A stretch of 62,722 nucleotides of DNA, counting the filler, from Choristocarpus tenellus KU-1152 (taxonomy: Eukaryota; Protista; Phaeophyceae), in NCBI GenBank assembly GCA_964200185.2. It is 11 parts of 11 records of this genome, joined end to end, with 100 filler letters (N's around TTAATTAATTAA, not from the genome) between each part and the next. Parts side by side here need not be neighbours in the genome. Positions count along the whole stretch, not along the records: positions 9,827 to 19,525 come from CAXNAD020003466.1; positions 19,626 to 22,673 come from CAXNAD020022700.1; positions 22,774 to 30,309 come from CAXNAD020005991.1; 8 more parts are not named here. One strand, 5' to 3'. The position numbers were made by a program, and so were the translations under genes. The notes under the pieces are model-generated. The model did not search any database, was not told the DNA's origin, and worked only from the letters and a program-made list of their open reading frames with translations. This document shows positions 13,201 to 25,600 of the stretch, one piece after another. Positions within the stretch are counted from its first letter, which is position 1. Each line of letters opens with the position of its first letter.

Positions 13201-14084
13201 CCACATGAAAGGGTGTACGGGTGGGGAGATGTGGATGTTGAATTCTGAGGTCATGTGTCGATAAATGATTGCTTGGCTGCTACGTGTTGGGAGGGGTTGA
13301 TATAGACTGGATGGGTACTAGATGATGTGTACATGGTAAATCTAATATATGCAGAGTAGTAAGCTTAGCAGATATGACCAGGCCTTTACAGGCGGCTAAG
13401 TGTAATTGCACGTTTCTTGAGTGCCTGTACTCTCTAAGGCTCACCAGACTCTACAGTTTCGTCAACTGTGATGTTGGTTATTTGAAAAGTGAAAATGGAA
13501 TGCCCTGTACCCTCCAGCTCCCACTAGACCTTCTTCGCTAGTTCTTTGGTGGCCACAGCCACCTACTGTAGTCATTTGAGCATATTGCTCTTGTGTCAGC
13601 AACATAGATATGTACCTCTCAGAGAGAGAGTCATATGGTTGCAGACTTCAACTATAGGTGAATAAAAGCACCTGGTTAAAGGGCAACATCGATACTGTCT
13701 CCAAAATATGTAGTAGGATGTTGCACCTTTCCTTAGTTGAGACAATTGAGCACAGAGCAGGAGTCAAGAGGTGGTGTTCTAAAGTCATGAAATTTTTGGG
13801 CTTTCAATGCGTATGTTACGTTTCCGCACACACCAAATAGCCCTTGAAGAAACCTCAGTTGTACTGGTGCGGAGACAGTGCTGTTGTCAATTCAGATGCC
13901 TGATGTTTACTACCAATGGCACGAGAACAATATTAAGCAAGAATTTCAGCCCAGGAAGTGTCTGGAATTTGTTTCTCTATCCATACAATCTTGCAGCAGG
14001 TCATTAATGTGTAAACAACAGATACTTCTTGTGTTTGTTGACCATAGACCTAAGCAGAGATTCAGCTGAGCCACAGAGTCAGTG

Positions 14085-14345
14085 CAGAGCCAAAATATCT
14101 CAGAGGGTAGAGCCGCATCCATTTGGGGACAAAACCCATTGTTGCGATTTTGATGTAATCCTGGCTATCGTGTTTGTTTGGAAGTGTCCATATCCATGTT
14201 CCGGACACGCCTTTTCAAAACTTACACATTTTATCTACTCCGAAACATTTTGGAGTAGCAAAATGTAATTAAAAACCCTTGCGAAGCCAAGCCCCAAATG
14301 GACAAACAGGGCAAAACTCCTACCCTCTAAGGTAATTTCACTCTG
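14085..14345. mobile_element. MITE family B (~260 bp), copy 1
   Basis: TIRs CAGAGCCAAAATATCTCAGAGGGTA ... TACCCTCTAAGGTAATTTCACTCTG. A homologous inverted copy lies at 15164-15425, with partial copies at 19460-19525 and ~25620-25803. Confidence 0.8.
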
Positions 14346-15163
14346 CAGCTGAGGGGGTCTGTTCCCATCATACAGTCTGGGGCAGTGGACCGATCATTTT
14401 GTTTGCATGACAATGCGGACTCCACAGGTAGAGGGTGACGGAAGAATGAGTAAATCCCAATGATGCATGGGTTTGCTCTTGTGTGAGAAGGTTTGAGATA
14501 GGTAACAGGTCCCGCCAACCACTGTTTTAAGTGAGGTGTGATGGAACACAGGGCGAGCATGAATACAGTCAGCTCTCGTACTTCCCTGGGCGTCTTTTTC
14601 TACATCACTTGTAGAGCCATGGCTAGGTTGGTCTCCAAGGCTTCACAGGGGAGATAGGATGGGCCGAGGAAGGGGTGAAGAGAACGAGTCCTGCACCACC
14701 CTGAGCTGAAAGCAGAATATGGGATTAGATTTCCACTTCTGTTCATGTCCGTACTGTGCCATAGACGATATGGTCTCTCTTATTATTCTATGTTGTTCTT
14801 ATCTTGTAGCCTATCCCTGAGTTGTGGTATTTATTTGTGACATTGGCCCTTCATGCTATATGAGCTTCACAGTCTTGCTCAATGTAGTACAAGTATCTTC
14901 TACAACTTTTGTTTATCACCTCTTTGATAGCTTCCTCGCCACTACCTATTCAACACCTTGTATGTCGCCACCCAGCTCCTGAAGGTTGGTGATTGGGGCC
15001 ATCCTTACCCCAAGATAAGGAGTCCAATATGATGGCACGAAGGAGTAAATTTCAGTGTATGTATGCCCCGAAGAAAAATTCAAGCACTAAATCTAACAAC
15101 CTATTATGTGATACTGGTCAGATACAGATACATCACTATGTACCAGCATTTCCATGGAGTGTG

Positions 15164-15425
15164 CCGAGTGAAAGTATTTTAGAGGGTGCGAATTTTGCCC
15201 TGTTTGTCCATTTGGGGCTTGGTTTCCATTAGGGTTCGTATGACATTTTCCCACTCGAAAAAAATTCAGAGCAGGTAAAATGTGTATGTTATGAAAAGGT
15301 GTGTCCAGAACAAGGATGTTGGCACTTCCTAACAAACACGATAGCCAAAATTACATCGAAATCGCAACATTGGATTTTGGCCCCCAAATGGACGCGGCTC
15401 TACCCTCTAAGATACTTTGGCTCTG
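15164..15425. mobile_element. MITE family B, copy 2 (inverted relative to copy 1)
   Basis: Ends CCGAGTGAAAGTATTTTAGAGGGT ... TACCCTCTAAGATACTTTGGCTCTG. The internal sequence is the reverse complement of 14085-14345. Confidence 0.8.
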
Positions 15426-15917
15426 CCTTTTTTTAATCAAAGAAAGTGAGCTAGACAAAGGTCCCCTCCATGTACTGCATCCCTGTTTGAGTGCAAGCAG
15501 GGGGCACCAGCTCAAGATAATTACAGTAGCGTGGAATATCAAGATTTGATGCTCACATGCAACAGGTCTCTCGATAAGAGCAACACTTGTCGCTCCATAA
15601 TGTTATGAGGCATGCATCACAAGCTCCGACTTGAGTGATTCAGCTCATCATTGATATAACAGATTCAGACCTATAGGGTGTTAAATCAAACAAACTTAAT
15701 GCAGGCAACCGCACTGCAAGGATTGTAATGAGTGAATGAGAGGGTTTCTCTGAGGCAGGAAATTTTCCACAACTGGGGAAGCCTACAATCTGCTGGCCAC
15801 GCTACCATTTACTGAAAGTGGGGTTATTGCCGTAATACCCAACCACATCCCTGAAAATGTTGTTGATGTTCCCACACCAGACATGTGTGATGCCAATGCA
15901 TCCTTTCACTGTAGATA

Positions 15918-18093
15918 CTTCCTCTGTCCCATAAGTCTGGGCCGTTAATTTGTAGCTCTTTGGGATGACCTCTGATTACAAAGCGGACCTTGGTATTGGA
16001 TTCCTTGGAATAATTAATATTAAACTTATGTCTTTCCTTTATTCGACCTCATCAACCCACCAATCCAGGGCCGCCGCTGAGGCTGCGGTCTATTTAGACT
16101 GATCTAGCCAACGCATCCTCCCGCTGCCTTTTTTTAGTCCCAGTGTCCTCTACCTCGAAAACGTTTCCCCCAGCACCCTTAACGCCCGATTGTACCTTTT
16201 AAACAGACTCTGCTGCACCCTATTGAGCGTGTCTGTGTCATACGCATGTAACACGCTTGAAATCCCCTCTAAAAGTTCACCAACGGTGCCATAACATTCC
16301 ACCCAAGCCCTCCTCTTCAGAGAGGCAATAAATATTAGAACACTACCTCCACGGTAGCTCAGGAGTTTATTTGTGTTCCAACAAAAGCTGATCCCGTGGA
16401 TCGCAACCTGTTAGACTTGTTAAGGTTTCGCCCGAGGGTCGCATCCCTCTAGTCAGCTGACTACCTCCTCGGTAGCTCAGGGGTTTACTAACGTTCTAAC
16501 AAATGCTACTCTCACGTGATCGATTCTCGCTACGGTCACACATCTGTCAAAAGTCTAAATACCCCACCAGGACATACAACCTCACATGATTTCGCATCCG
16601 TCAAAAGGCTAAACACGCTGCCAGGATACGCAACCTCACATTAGTAACTGCCCTGCCGAAGTTGGTCACTGATTAGAGGGATAGCAACCCTCAGGCGAAA
16701 ACTCCTCAAGTTGAACAGCTTGCGATCCCTAGGATTAGCTTTTGTTAGAACACTAGTAAATCCCAAATCATTGTGCGATCCCTGGGATTAGCTTTGTTAG
16801 AACACTAGTAAATCCCAAATCATTGGTGTTGAGATTTGGCGACTGCACTGGCTGCGTCACGAGCTTAGTACTCCATCCCTTCTCCATCCCTGCTGAGTTC
16901 AGCTTCTGCACTCTGCCCTTGCCCATATGCGGGGTCATGCCGTCCTGCTGTATGGAGGCTCCCCCCCGATTCCAGCCTAAAGCATTTTTTCCTTAACTAC
17001 TGGCAACAACTGCTTCACGCAGTGGTCCAGGTATCACTCAGTATCGCAGTGACATCAACCTTGTACTGCTCACCCTTCGTGTGCCATGCTGTAGTCCGTT
17101 GCACCTCTTTCAGGATGCAAACCCACCAGATCCGATCTTGCCGTCAAAATCATGGGATGGGAATGATCCGGCGCGAAACGGCAGAGATGAACATCACTTT
17201 GGCAACGTGACTCTTGTGCTGCACCTTTGTTGAGCCCACTTCCTCCTCCCCCAGGAACATGCACACCATCTCTTGTTTTGCAGATGAGGTAGAACTATGC
17301 CTCGTTGATGTGAAAGGTGTTGAGGCCAGTCCTGTAGGTTTTGTGGTTGCGGAAGATCTGGATGAGGATGAAGTCCACCCTGTTCTTCTTGTGAGAAAAC
17401 GAAAGTTAGGGGCGACACACCGCTGCACCCTTGCTGCCCCCATCGCTTTGAGCCAGCGATGAAGCTTTGAGCTGCCGACTGCGAGGCCCGCTTCGGCAAG
17501 CTAGTCAGAAATTTGGTCGATAGTCAGTGTGTGATTACTAGCATTGATTTCCCAGATATTCGCTTATTTCGTTGGCGTAAAGTCCGACGGCCGTTCAGGG
17601 AGACGGCATTCCCCCTGTCTATCTGTTTTTTGATGCACCCCCACACCCGTCTAGGGTGTCTCTCTCCCACTCCAAACTCTTTCGCCAATTTAGACACACT
17701 CCCCTCAGGAGGCTCTCGTGGCCCAGAGAAAGAGTCAATGTGTAATGCAGAGCAGTGCGGTCCAACCTTCCTCAGTCAGCTCACAGTTCTTTCCCTGAGA
17801 CGGTGGGCTTTGTGTGGGGACGACAGACTGTGGAGCCTCGCCATGGGGATTGAGAGGGTGATGTGCAGCTCCACAATTCTGCAGGAACATTGAAAAATGA
17901 TAAGAACATGGCCCATTCTGTGCTCCATTCTTTCGGAACCATTTCAGAACATAATTCAACGTGAAATTCTTTGAAACTTATGTTTTTAATGTAACATTCC
18001 AAGGAATCCAACGCAAATGTCTGTTTTATAATCGGAGGTCATCCCAAAGAGCTATATATAACGTAATGGCCCAGACTTGTGGGACAGAGGGAG
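15918..18093 (-). mobile_element. Full-length but decayed plant-type (DD39D-like) Tc1/mariner DNA transposon
   Basis: About 90-bp imperfect TIRs, starting TA|CTTCCTCTGTCCCATAAGTCTGGGCC and ending GGCCCAGACTTGTGGGACAGAGGGAG. Transposase remnants: KVQHKSHVAKVMFISAVSR..FDGKIG; QQDGMTPH-...-QPVQSPNLNTNDLGF (40 residues between the 2nd and 3rd D); FIASLKRRAW...YDTDTLNRVQQSLFKRYN. Confidence 0.85.
16335..16810. mobile_element. Foldback/MITE-like insertion inside the mariner transposase
   Basis: Interrupts DLGF|FIASLK. Contains a ~95-bp imperfect inverted repeat (16365-16458 vs 16669-16762), internal direct repeats, and a ~52-bp tandem duplication (16722-16824). Confidence 0.65.
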
Positions 18094-18924
18094 TCTATTT
18101 TACCCAAGTATCACATATTTGCTCATGCATTCCCTCAAAGAGGTGTGTTTTTCCTCTCAAACTGTACCTACTCCACATCTGCTTGGGATGAAAGAGCCCC
18201 AGGCCTATAGGAGAGAGGTGAGAGGACATGTTTCAACTCTCCCAGGTGTTCAGGAAGGTGGTGGGTTGGGGCTAACTAGTATACAATCCTGCCATACAAA
18301 TGTAGTCAGAGGTTTCTGGTATACTGCATCTCTCCCCCTAGCATTGTGTAATACTTCCAATCTTTGTGTGCTCCCTGAACAATCAGAATCTACGAACCCT
18401 ACCCCTTGCACGACCCCATGGGCAAAGCTCCATTTTTTACAGGAGAACCATATGTACATGTATCGCGTTTTGCGCGTGTCTAACCCCAATAATACCTTAC
18501 ACCTTGACATTGGACACAATTTGATTTGAAAGGCGACACATGGCCTCCTGCAGTTTTGACCAAGGGAATGAAAGTAAAAATATGTACTAATGTGCTCCAG
18601 AGAACTTGCAGGGTCCACTACCATAATCTGACTAACACTGACACAGGAGGAAAGTGGAGGAATGACTGGGCAGGTTCAAGCACACACCAAGCACAAATAA
18701 CTGACACAATTAACCAGTGTGGATGAATCCCCCAAAAAGGCCAGACTCCCTGGAAAACAGGAATGTCGCAGTCCTTTATTCATCTTGCTTTTGTTAGTGC
18801 CAAACATTTAGGTACTACTGTTTCACCGGGGCAGACAGTATTGTGACTGTACAACCCAGTTAATGGTACCTAGTGGTACCTCAATGTTGACAAAAATCGG
18901 AGACTGGTAACTTACTCAAGCGTA

Positions 18925-19390
18925 ATCCATGGGCCATCAACCCCCTACATGCGCACTTTCCCCGAGTAGTCATCTCTATCTCTGCGTTTCCCACTGAGCT
19001 TGTCCCTGGACTCCTCTCTCACTCCGTAAACATCTCTATCTTCCTACTGTAGGGAGATGGGAAAGCGGTCCAGCCCGGATTCGATCCCACAACATCTAGT
19101 GTTTATCAAATATTGAGATACCACTGCTGTAAAGTTAGGGAAGACAGTTGTAGGGACTGAGAACCTACTCGACTTAATCCGTGGACCATCACCCCACTAA
19201 TCTTGAGCTTTCCCTGAGCGGTTATCTCAATCTTGGCGTTTTCCCTTGAGCTTGTTCCTGGACCCACCTCTTACTCATCTTTTTCCTCCCAATGTAGGGA
19301 GTGAGGAAAGCTACCCAGCTGGGATTCGATCGCATAACCTCCTGCTTTTCCCAGATATTGAGATTGTGTTGTTCCACCATTACTACATGC
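18925..19390 (-). mobile_element. Two tandem tRNA-derived SINE-like copies (~18925-19130 and ~19178-19390)
   Basis: The two ~200-bp units are similar to each other. On the minus strand each has an A-box-like (A)GTGGT and a B-box-like GATCGAATCC followed by a shared body. Confidence 0.55.
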
Positions 19391-22300
19391 AACACTTGGC
19401 AGTTGGAGCTACTGCATTTTCAGAATTTTCCCTTCAAAGAGAAAGAAGACAGGTCAAGGTAGAGTGAAAGTATCTTAGAGGGTACAAGTTTTGCCCTGTT
19501 TGTCCATTTGGGTCTTGGCTTCCCANNNNNNNNNNNNNNNNNNNNNNNNNNNNNNNNNNNNNNNNNNNNTTAATTAATTAANNNNNNNNNNNNNNNNNNN
19601 NNNNNNNNNNNNNNNNNNNNNNNNNGAGTACATTATCCCAGCAAACCATTCTTTTTTTTTATAAATTGATCCCAAATGGACAGTCACCACCCCCTACCAG
19701 ATACTTTGAGCCACTCCGTCTGTGGTGAACTGTCTACAACTCCCCTAATACAAACAAGAACGCCTTACAATTTAATATCATAAAAGAAAAAGTACAACTC
19801 TATATTAGTAATCTATCAGGTGATATTGACTTGAAAGCACAATTGGAACAGTAGAGTCTGTATGTTAGGACAACAGCGGTGACCTTCATCTTCGGTTCCT
19901 CTATCACCACAGCTATCTGCTCCACAACTAAGTCTCATTAATCACATCGTTTTACTTGTATATTTGGCTCAAGTATCTGGGGGGGGGGGAGGTTCTGTTC
20001 GTAGATAGTGCTGCTGATACACTATATACACCACCAGTGGAGGAAAGGTAGAGCCAGATATGTATTTCCATATATTTCAGTTGAGCTCTACCCAACGTTC
20101 ATGTATTGTAGGGACCTGATGCTAGATTATCCATTGATATATCATACATGGTACAAATGATACGGAGATAGTATTCTTTTCTGATTTTTCATGTGAATGT
20201 TGCAAATCCCACATGGTAGTCTGTACCTGTCTCACCCCACAAGTTCAGACAGAGGAATCGAGACCATAAGCCTCTTGTAACATTAATATATTGTATATCT
20301 ACACCAAGCCGTTTATTATCCTCTATCAAGGCACACAGCCATGGGTCCAGTGTGGGATATTTCTACAGATTCTACACCTGGGCATACATTTGGACCCTAA
20401 CCAGGAAAATTGCGCTTGCATTATCCATCTAACGCATGCAACCACATCACCCAAAAACTGCGACATGGAAAAATGGACCCCAATTGGACAGCCGCCATTC
20501 CCCCCAGGTACTCTGAGCCATTTTCCACCTACATCAAGGAGTCATCAAGAGAGGGCCATTATTGTAAAGAACTGAGGTGGTTATGGGAGAGATCTGTAAC
20601 AGCCTGTCTGGCAACTCCTGGCTTGACTTTTAGTCCAACCTTTCCTTCGAATCCTAGTCTATAGTGTGAATGACCTATCTGTTGCCTGATCCTCTAAGGT
20701 GCGATCAACTTCTCCTTGGGGAATATCCTATAAATGTATCTCAAATACTGCGTATGTTTAGTAGTTGCAACACTCTCCGCCATACGACAAACCTTGCGTT
20801 CCTGTGGCCACCTTCTGTCCTTCTGAAAATTCTGGCAGCTCAAGTCTGTGCCTGAGTAGTGACAGATCAAAATACTGGTTACTTTTGCACCTGAAAAGTG
20901 TTGATGGAATGTAGGAGAATGCGAATAAACAGTGATAGGACCAAGTGATGACAAGAATGAGATTGTGAATATCGTGAAACCTACTCTGCTAAACTTGATA
21001 TACAAGGAACACAAAAAATAAAAGCACCAAACATCCCCATGAATAGCTTTGAGGTCATCCTTTCATTAGAGGGAAGCCTCGAGGCCCTGGTCTGGAGTGG
21101 TTATGTCTCTGAAGTCATTGGTGCATACATGGTATACACACCAAGGCGGTCAGGGCTCTCTTGCGCAGACTCAAAGTCATTCCACCTATGGAGAGACACC
21201 CTGAAGTCATGGTCTGGAGCGTTGGCCATTGATGCCACCATGTGTGATTTTTTTAACATGTGGTTGCAAGGTCATTCCCATCTGAGGATGTGGCGTTTGA
21301 AGCCACAAGTACCATGACACATGCCCTTCCCCCCCCCAATGGGGAGATGCGGAGTGCAGATTCCCCAAAAAATGAAAGCCCGCAGGTTGAATCCAGAACT
21401 TCGCAATGAACTGACAAATGCTCTATCTGGTGAGCTGAGGTTTCTAAATGGAGAAGACACTAGACATGTTTGGTAGGCTTTCATATCACAAACGCTCCCA
21501 GCAGATCTTGTTGGGATATATGCCCCTAATCCACAACTCTGTAAGGTGATGATGAGGTGTGGAGATGGTGCCTGTGATGGGTCGATGCCTGATAACCAAA
21601 ACCAAAGGAAAAGTTTAAAGTATCCTAGAGCGGAGGGGTATTTGTTCATTTTGTCTATTTGTTGTTGAAGGCCTTGTAAATGTGACGCCCCATTTTCATG
21701 GCCCAAATTCAGGTAGCCTCCATTCGGACGGAGTCTGTAGAGGATGTAGAAGAATAGACCCTTTGAGAGGATGTTTTGTCATTGAACTGGAGGATGCAGT
21801 GACATAAAAATACTAACCCTTGCACAGATTTCACAATGAGGCAACCAAGACCCCAGTTTTGGCTCGCCCATTTGTGGAAGGATGTGTGGTTTACTAATGG
21901 GACATCCCAAATGTCGAGGATATTGTATGGCGGCCACATCACCCCTTGCAACGTCGTACAAGGTCCATGCATTCACCCTGTACGATCTGACCGCCATAAA
22001 CCTTCAGATGACAGAGCATGTGACTTGGGAAATCCTGAAGTTCACTGCGATGGTCGCAACTGTCCCCTGGAGCATCCGAGTCCTGCACTCGCTTGTCTCC
22101 AGACATTGCGCCATCAAGCTGTTCTTCATTGAGGTGCTTGAGTCCTGGGCCGAAGAATTGGGACATATGAGCAACAACAGGATGAACGAGCTACTCGAAC
22201 AAAAGGGGGCCGTGTCCTAGAGCCAAACATTGAGAGGTAGGCAGGTTTAGGCTCTTACGCACTCTAAGCCATCTTTTTACCTACCTGTGCAATACACTCT

Positions 22301-22434
22301 ATTTTATTGCTTTATGGGTACAACAGCGTATGCAGAATTGATATTCTCCCTTTCTACACACAAAGTAAAACCACAATTCACGAAAAAACAGCCTCTCAGC
22401 GAAATTGAGGATGGAGCATACTATAGAGGAGGCC

Positions 22435-22606
22435 CAAAGTATCTGGGGGGGGGGTGGCAACTGTCCATTTGGGGTAAATTTTTTCATGTCGCGATTTTTG
22501 TATGACTTGGTTGCATACGTCAGATGGATAACGTAATTGCACTCTTCTGATTTTGGTCCAAATGGACACCCTGGTGTAGATCCCCCCCCCTCCCCCAGAT
22601 ACTTTG
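22435..22606. mobile_element. MITE family A (172 bp, complete copy) with G-run TIRs
   Basis: TIRs CAAAGTATCTGGGGG ... CCCCCAGATACTTTG, flanked by GGCC/GGTC (possible 4-bp TSD). Further copies or ends at ~9827-9847, 19660-19708, 19970-19990, 20365-20516, 22774-22790, 30295-30504, 33082-33127, 36750-36900, 50569-50600 and 62686-62722. Confidence 0.8.
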
Positions 22607-25600
22607 GGTCGGATGGGTTTGACCCAAAATTGTCCTGGTAAAAGTGTCGGTATGTTTTTGTCGTAAATATTGCNNNNNNNNNNNNNNNNNNNNNNNNNNN
22701 NNNNNNNNNNNNNNNNNTTAATTAATTAANNNNNNNNNNNNNNNNNNNNNNNNNNNNNNNNNNNNNNNNNNNNCCCCCCCAGATACTTTGGCCCTGAGAT
22801 CTACATCTGCACAAAGCAAGGAAAAAGTTGTCTGTCCGGACTTCTAGGAGAACAAGTGAGCTTCGACATTGACATTATTTGTTGTTAACCCTCGAAACTA
22901 CCTTTATGTTTGTTTCCACAGCTATGTCCCAATTGACTCACAGGACAGATCCTTTTGGTGATCACTGCTGATGAGAGGCCACCGTGGAAACCCTCTGACA
23001 CTACCAGCTGCCATTCAAAACACAGAACAGAGCAATGGCTCTACTCCTCTTTTTCCGCAGTTATTATTGTTGCTGTGGAGGAATAATGTGGGGGAAAAAA
23101 TATGTATGTTTTTTTTCTGATAAGGGGCGTCTTGAACAAGGAGACCTTTCAGAAGTGTGCACAACTTACAGAAGTGTGTACAGCTTGATTCGAGACTCTT
23201 TCGTTTTTCATCCTGCTGTTTGCAATATTTATTATTCATCACAAAGCACTGTTCGCTCACCTTTTCTATATCTGAAACCGTTTTTGAGAAATATACACCA
23301 ATGCCTTCCTTTGCGGCTGGTATCACCTCAAACAAAAGAGTTTGCTCCACCTCCATCACTACACGGAACTTATGCACTTGCCAAAGTGCAGTAGAAATTT
23401 GCACCTCCAAGATTGTAAGCAAGAGTAGCTCAACACATTCATGCTATGGATACTCCATGCTAGTTCATTTTCACCTCAATCAATACTCTGGAGGGCAAGG
23501 TCACTTCAATTGTAGCTGTTTCGAGCAAGTGTGGTCATGGACCATATGTACTCCTTCTTAGCAACAACATAAAATCATTCTTACAATAACTACTACCTCG
23601 AGGTATTAATACTAGCACACAGAGCTGTACAATTAACCAGGAACAATGCCCTATATATTATTGCCTATCATCTTGCCTCACATACTACTACAAAACTCGT
23701 CACTTTTATCTGCGAGACTATCCCAACCCATATTCAAAGGTACTACACACTGCACTATTTCTAACACTGCCTGCTGCAAAAGAAATGTTATGCTACCCAT
23801 ACAAACCACTGTAACTGACCCTTACACTCTGACTAATTGTACTGGTGCCTCTGTCCATTACTTACTTCTCATGTGTTGGGTTCAGTCATATTACCTACAG
23901 CTCATCACTCCACCTCTTCTCTTCGATCTTATGGTGGACTTACCTTGGCTCACTCAGCAATAAAGCCTCACCACCTCATTTTGGGTGTACCACATTTCTG
24001 GCTGAACATGTATTTCAGTTCTACAATTCGTAGTGCTTGACAAATGGACTCAGGGTCATCAAAACCATATTTCCCTGATTAGAAATCTGGCATTAAGAGG
24101 CATTTGGAACCATGAAATCCATGCAGGGTACATCCATCCCCCACCAGTTACTGAGCTACCATAACGCTTTCCTTAACAAGACAGAAAACTCAGTACAATT
24201 CTACCACTGATATCCCATTCCAGAAAGCTCAGACCTTACTGGTATTGTAACCCTCGCATAAAATAACTTCTTTTTTCTCGGTATTTGACAGTGCTTTGTC
24301 CAGACAAGGAAGGGATGTCATCAAGGGAAAATGACCACACACAAGCATTTTCCTGACCAACGGACACAAGAGACAGATTTAGCTCAATTTTCAAAGTAAC
24401 AAACGAGGTAGAGGAGAATAACTCTGAGTACTATTGGTTCGATTGATTTGCATACGATAGTTCATTGCATGATAAAATGATGCTTGAAGACCTCGCGAAG
24501 CCGGTATCATCCAGAAGGAAGCAGTTTACGACAAGCTCAGGCCCATGCTCAAAGACAACACTAAAATGAGAGTAGAAAAGAAGTTACAGACAACACACAC
24601 AAGTATAATATGTGGAACAAATCCAAAAAAAACGGAATAAAGAAATTCAGAAACGATGCAAAAACGGAAGGAATGCACAGACAAGAAAAGAAGCATTATT
24701 GAAATAAACATAAAACAAATATAAACACCATAACAGAAAGAAAGAAAGACAAACTCGAATAATTGGAAGAAGGGAAAGCACAGCAAGTCCGTGTACAAAA
24801 CAATTATCATGTAGAACGGCACCAATACCAAGGACCATTCCACCCCTCCATTCACTCAAAGAAAAGAAACTAAATCAAGAAACGTCAAAAAATAACAGAG
24901 GGAAGAGACAAAAATATACCCACACAGATTCTTGACAAAAGACATCTGCGAACATGCCAGTGAGTAAAAGTGTCACAACGATCAATGTACATCATGAAAT
25001 TCCTTCTTAAATCCTGTCAGGACGCAGTATATGATCATTTTTGACGCAATCATATCAAAGAAAATTACTTTGCAGCTTCAAGAAACTGGTGGGAGTGGCA
25101 TTCTCGATGTGTAAAAATGCTCCCTCAGAAGCCTTTTTCTCATTGTGGTTTGAAGCGTATCATATGCAACCACATTATGGATCAAACATTGCATCAACAA
25201 TGTTTGATGCTGTCCGTTGTCATCACAGATTACTACGACAACAGCTTTTTGTTGTCAATTGAACAGCATCCCGCCTTGGTTACGATATTGATCAAGAAGC
25301 TAAACAGATATCAATCTTTAAGTCTTATGCAACATAGCCTACACCCTAAAATTTCCGACAGGGATTGAGTCACTTATATCATGAGGACATAGTTGATGTA
25401 ATCATATCTGATCACCTTGAGATTTAGTTTGAGATTCAATGTTACACACGAATTGGGCTTGCTTACCAACAAAGTCGTGAAAAAGACCTTCCTGCACACA
25501 CTACTTTTTGCATTACTTCAACTTCGATTCCACCTGTTACACAGGTCAAATATTTCCCCTCTCACACAAAATTTCATTTTACTGGAAAAATGCACCTCAC

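Larger units (their letters stand above)
15530..18420 (+). mobile_element. CRE/NeSL-like (RLE) non-LTR retrotransposon RT remnant, split by a mariner insertion (pieces ~15530-15917 and 18094-18420)
   Basis: The right piece encodes YPSITYLLMH...STLPGVQEGGGLGLTS...GFWYTASLP (cf. PR..YLLR...LP.R.GGLGL.S....GSW...LP). The left piece ends DANASFH..RY immediately before the mariner TIR. Confidence 0.5.

Noticed and set aside
21000-22220. Possible mariner N-terminal HTH and RLE-LINE fragments
   Set aside because: Too degenerate to assign with confidence by eye.
23000-25500. Several 60-135 aa ORFs
   Set aside because: No recognisable motifs or consistent splice structure; probably decayed repeats or non-coding DNA. 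Most other short ORFs in the track are likewise antisense or spurious.
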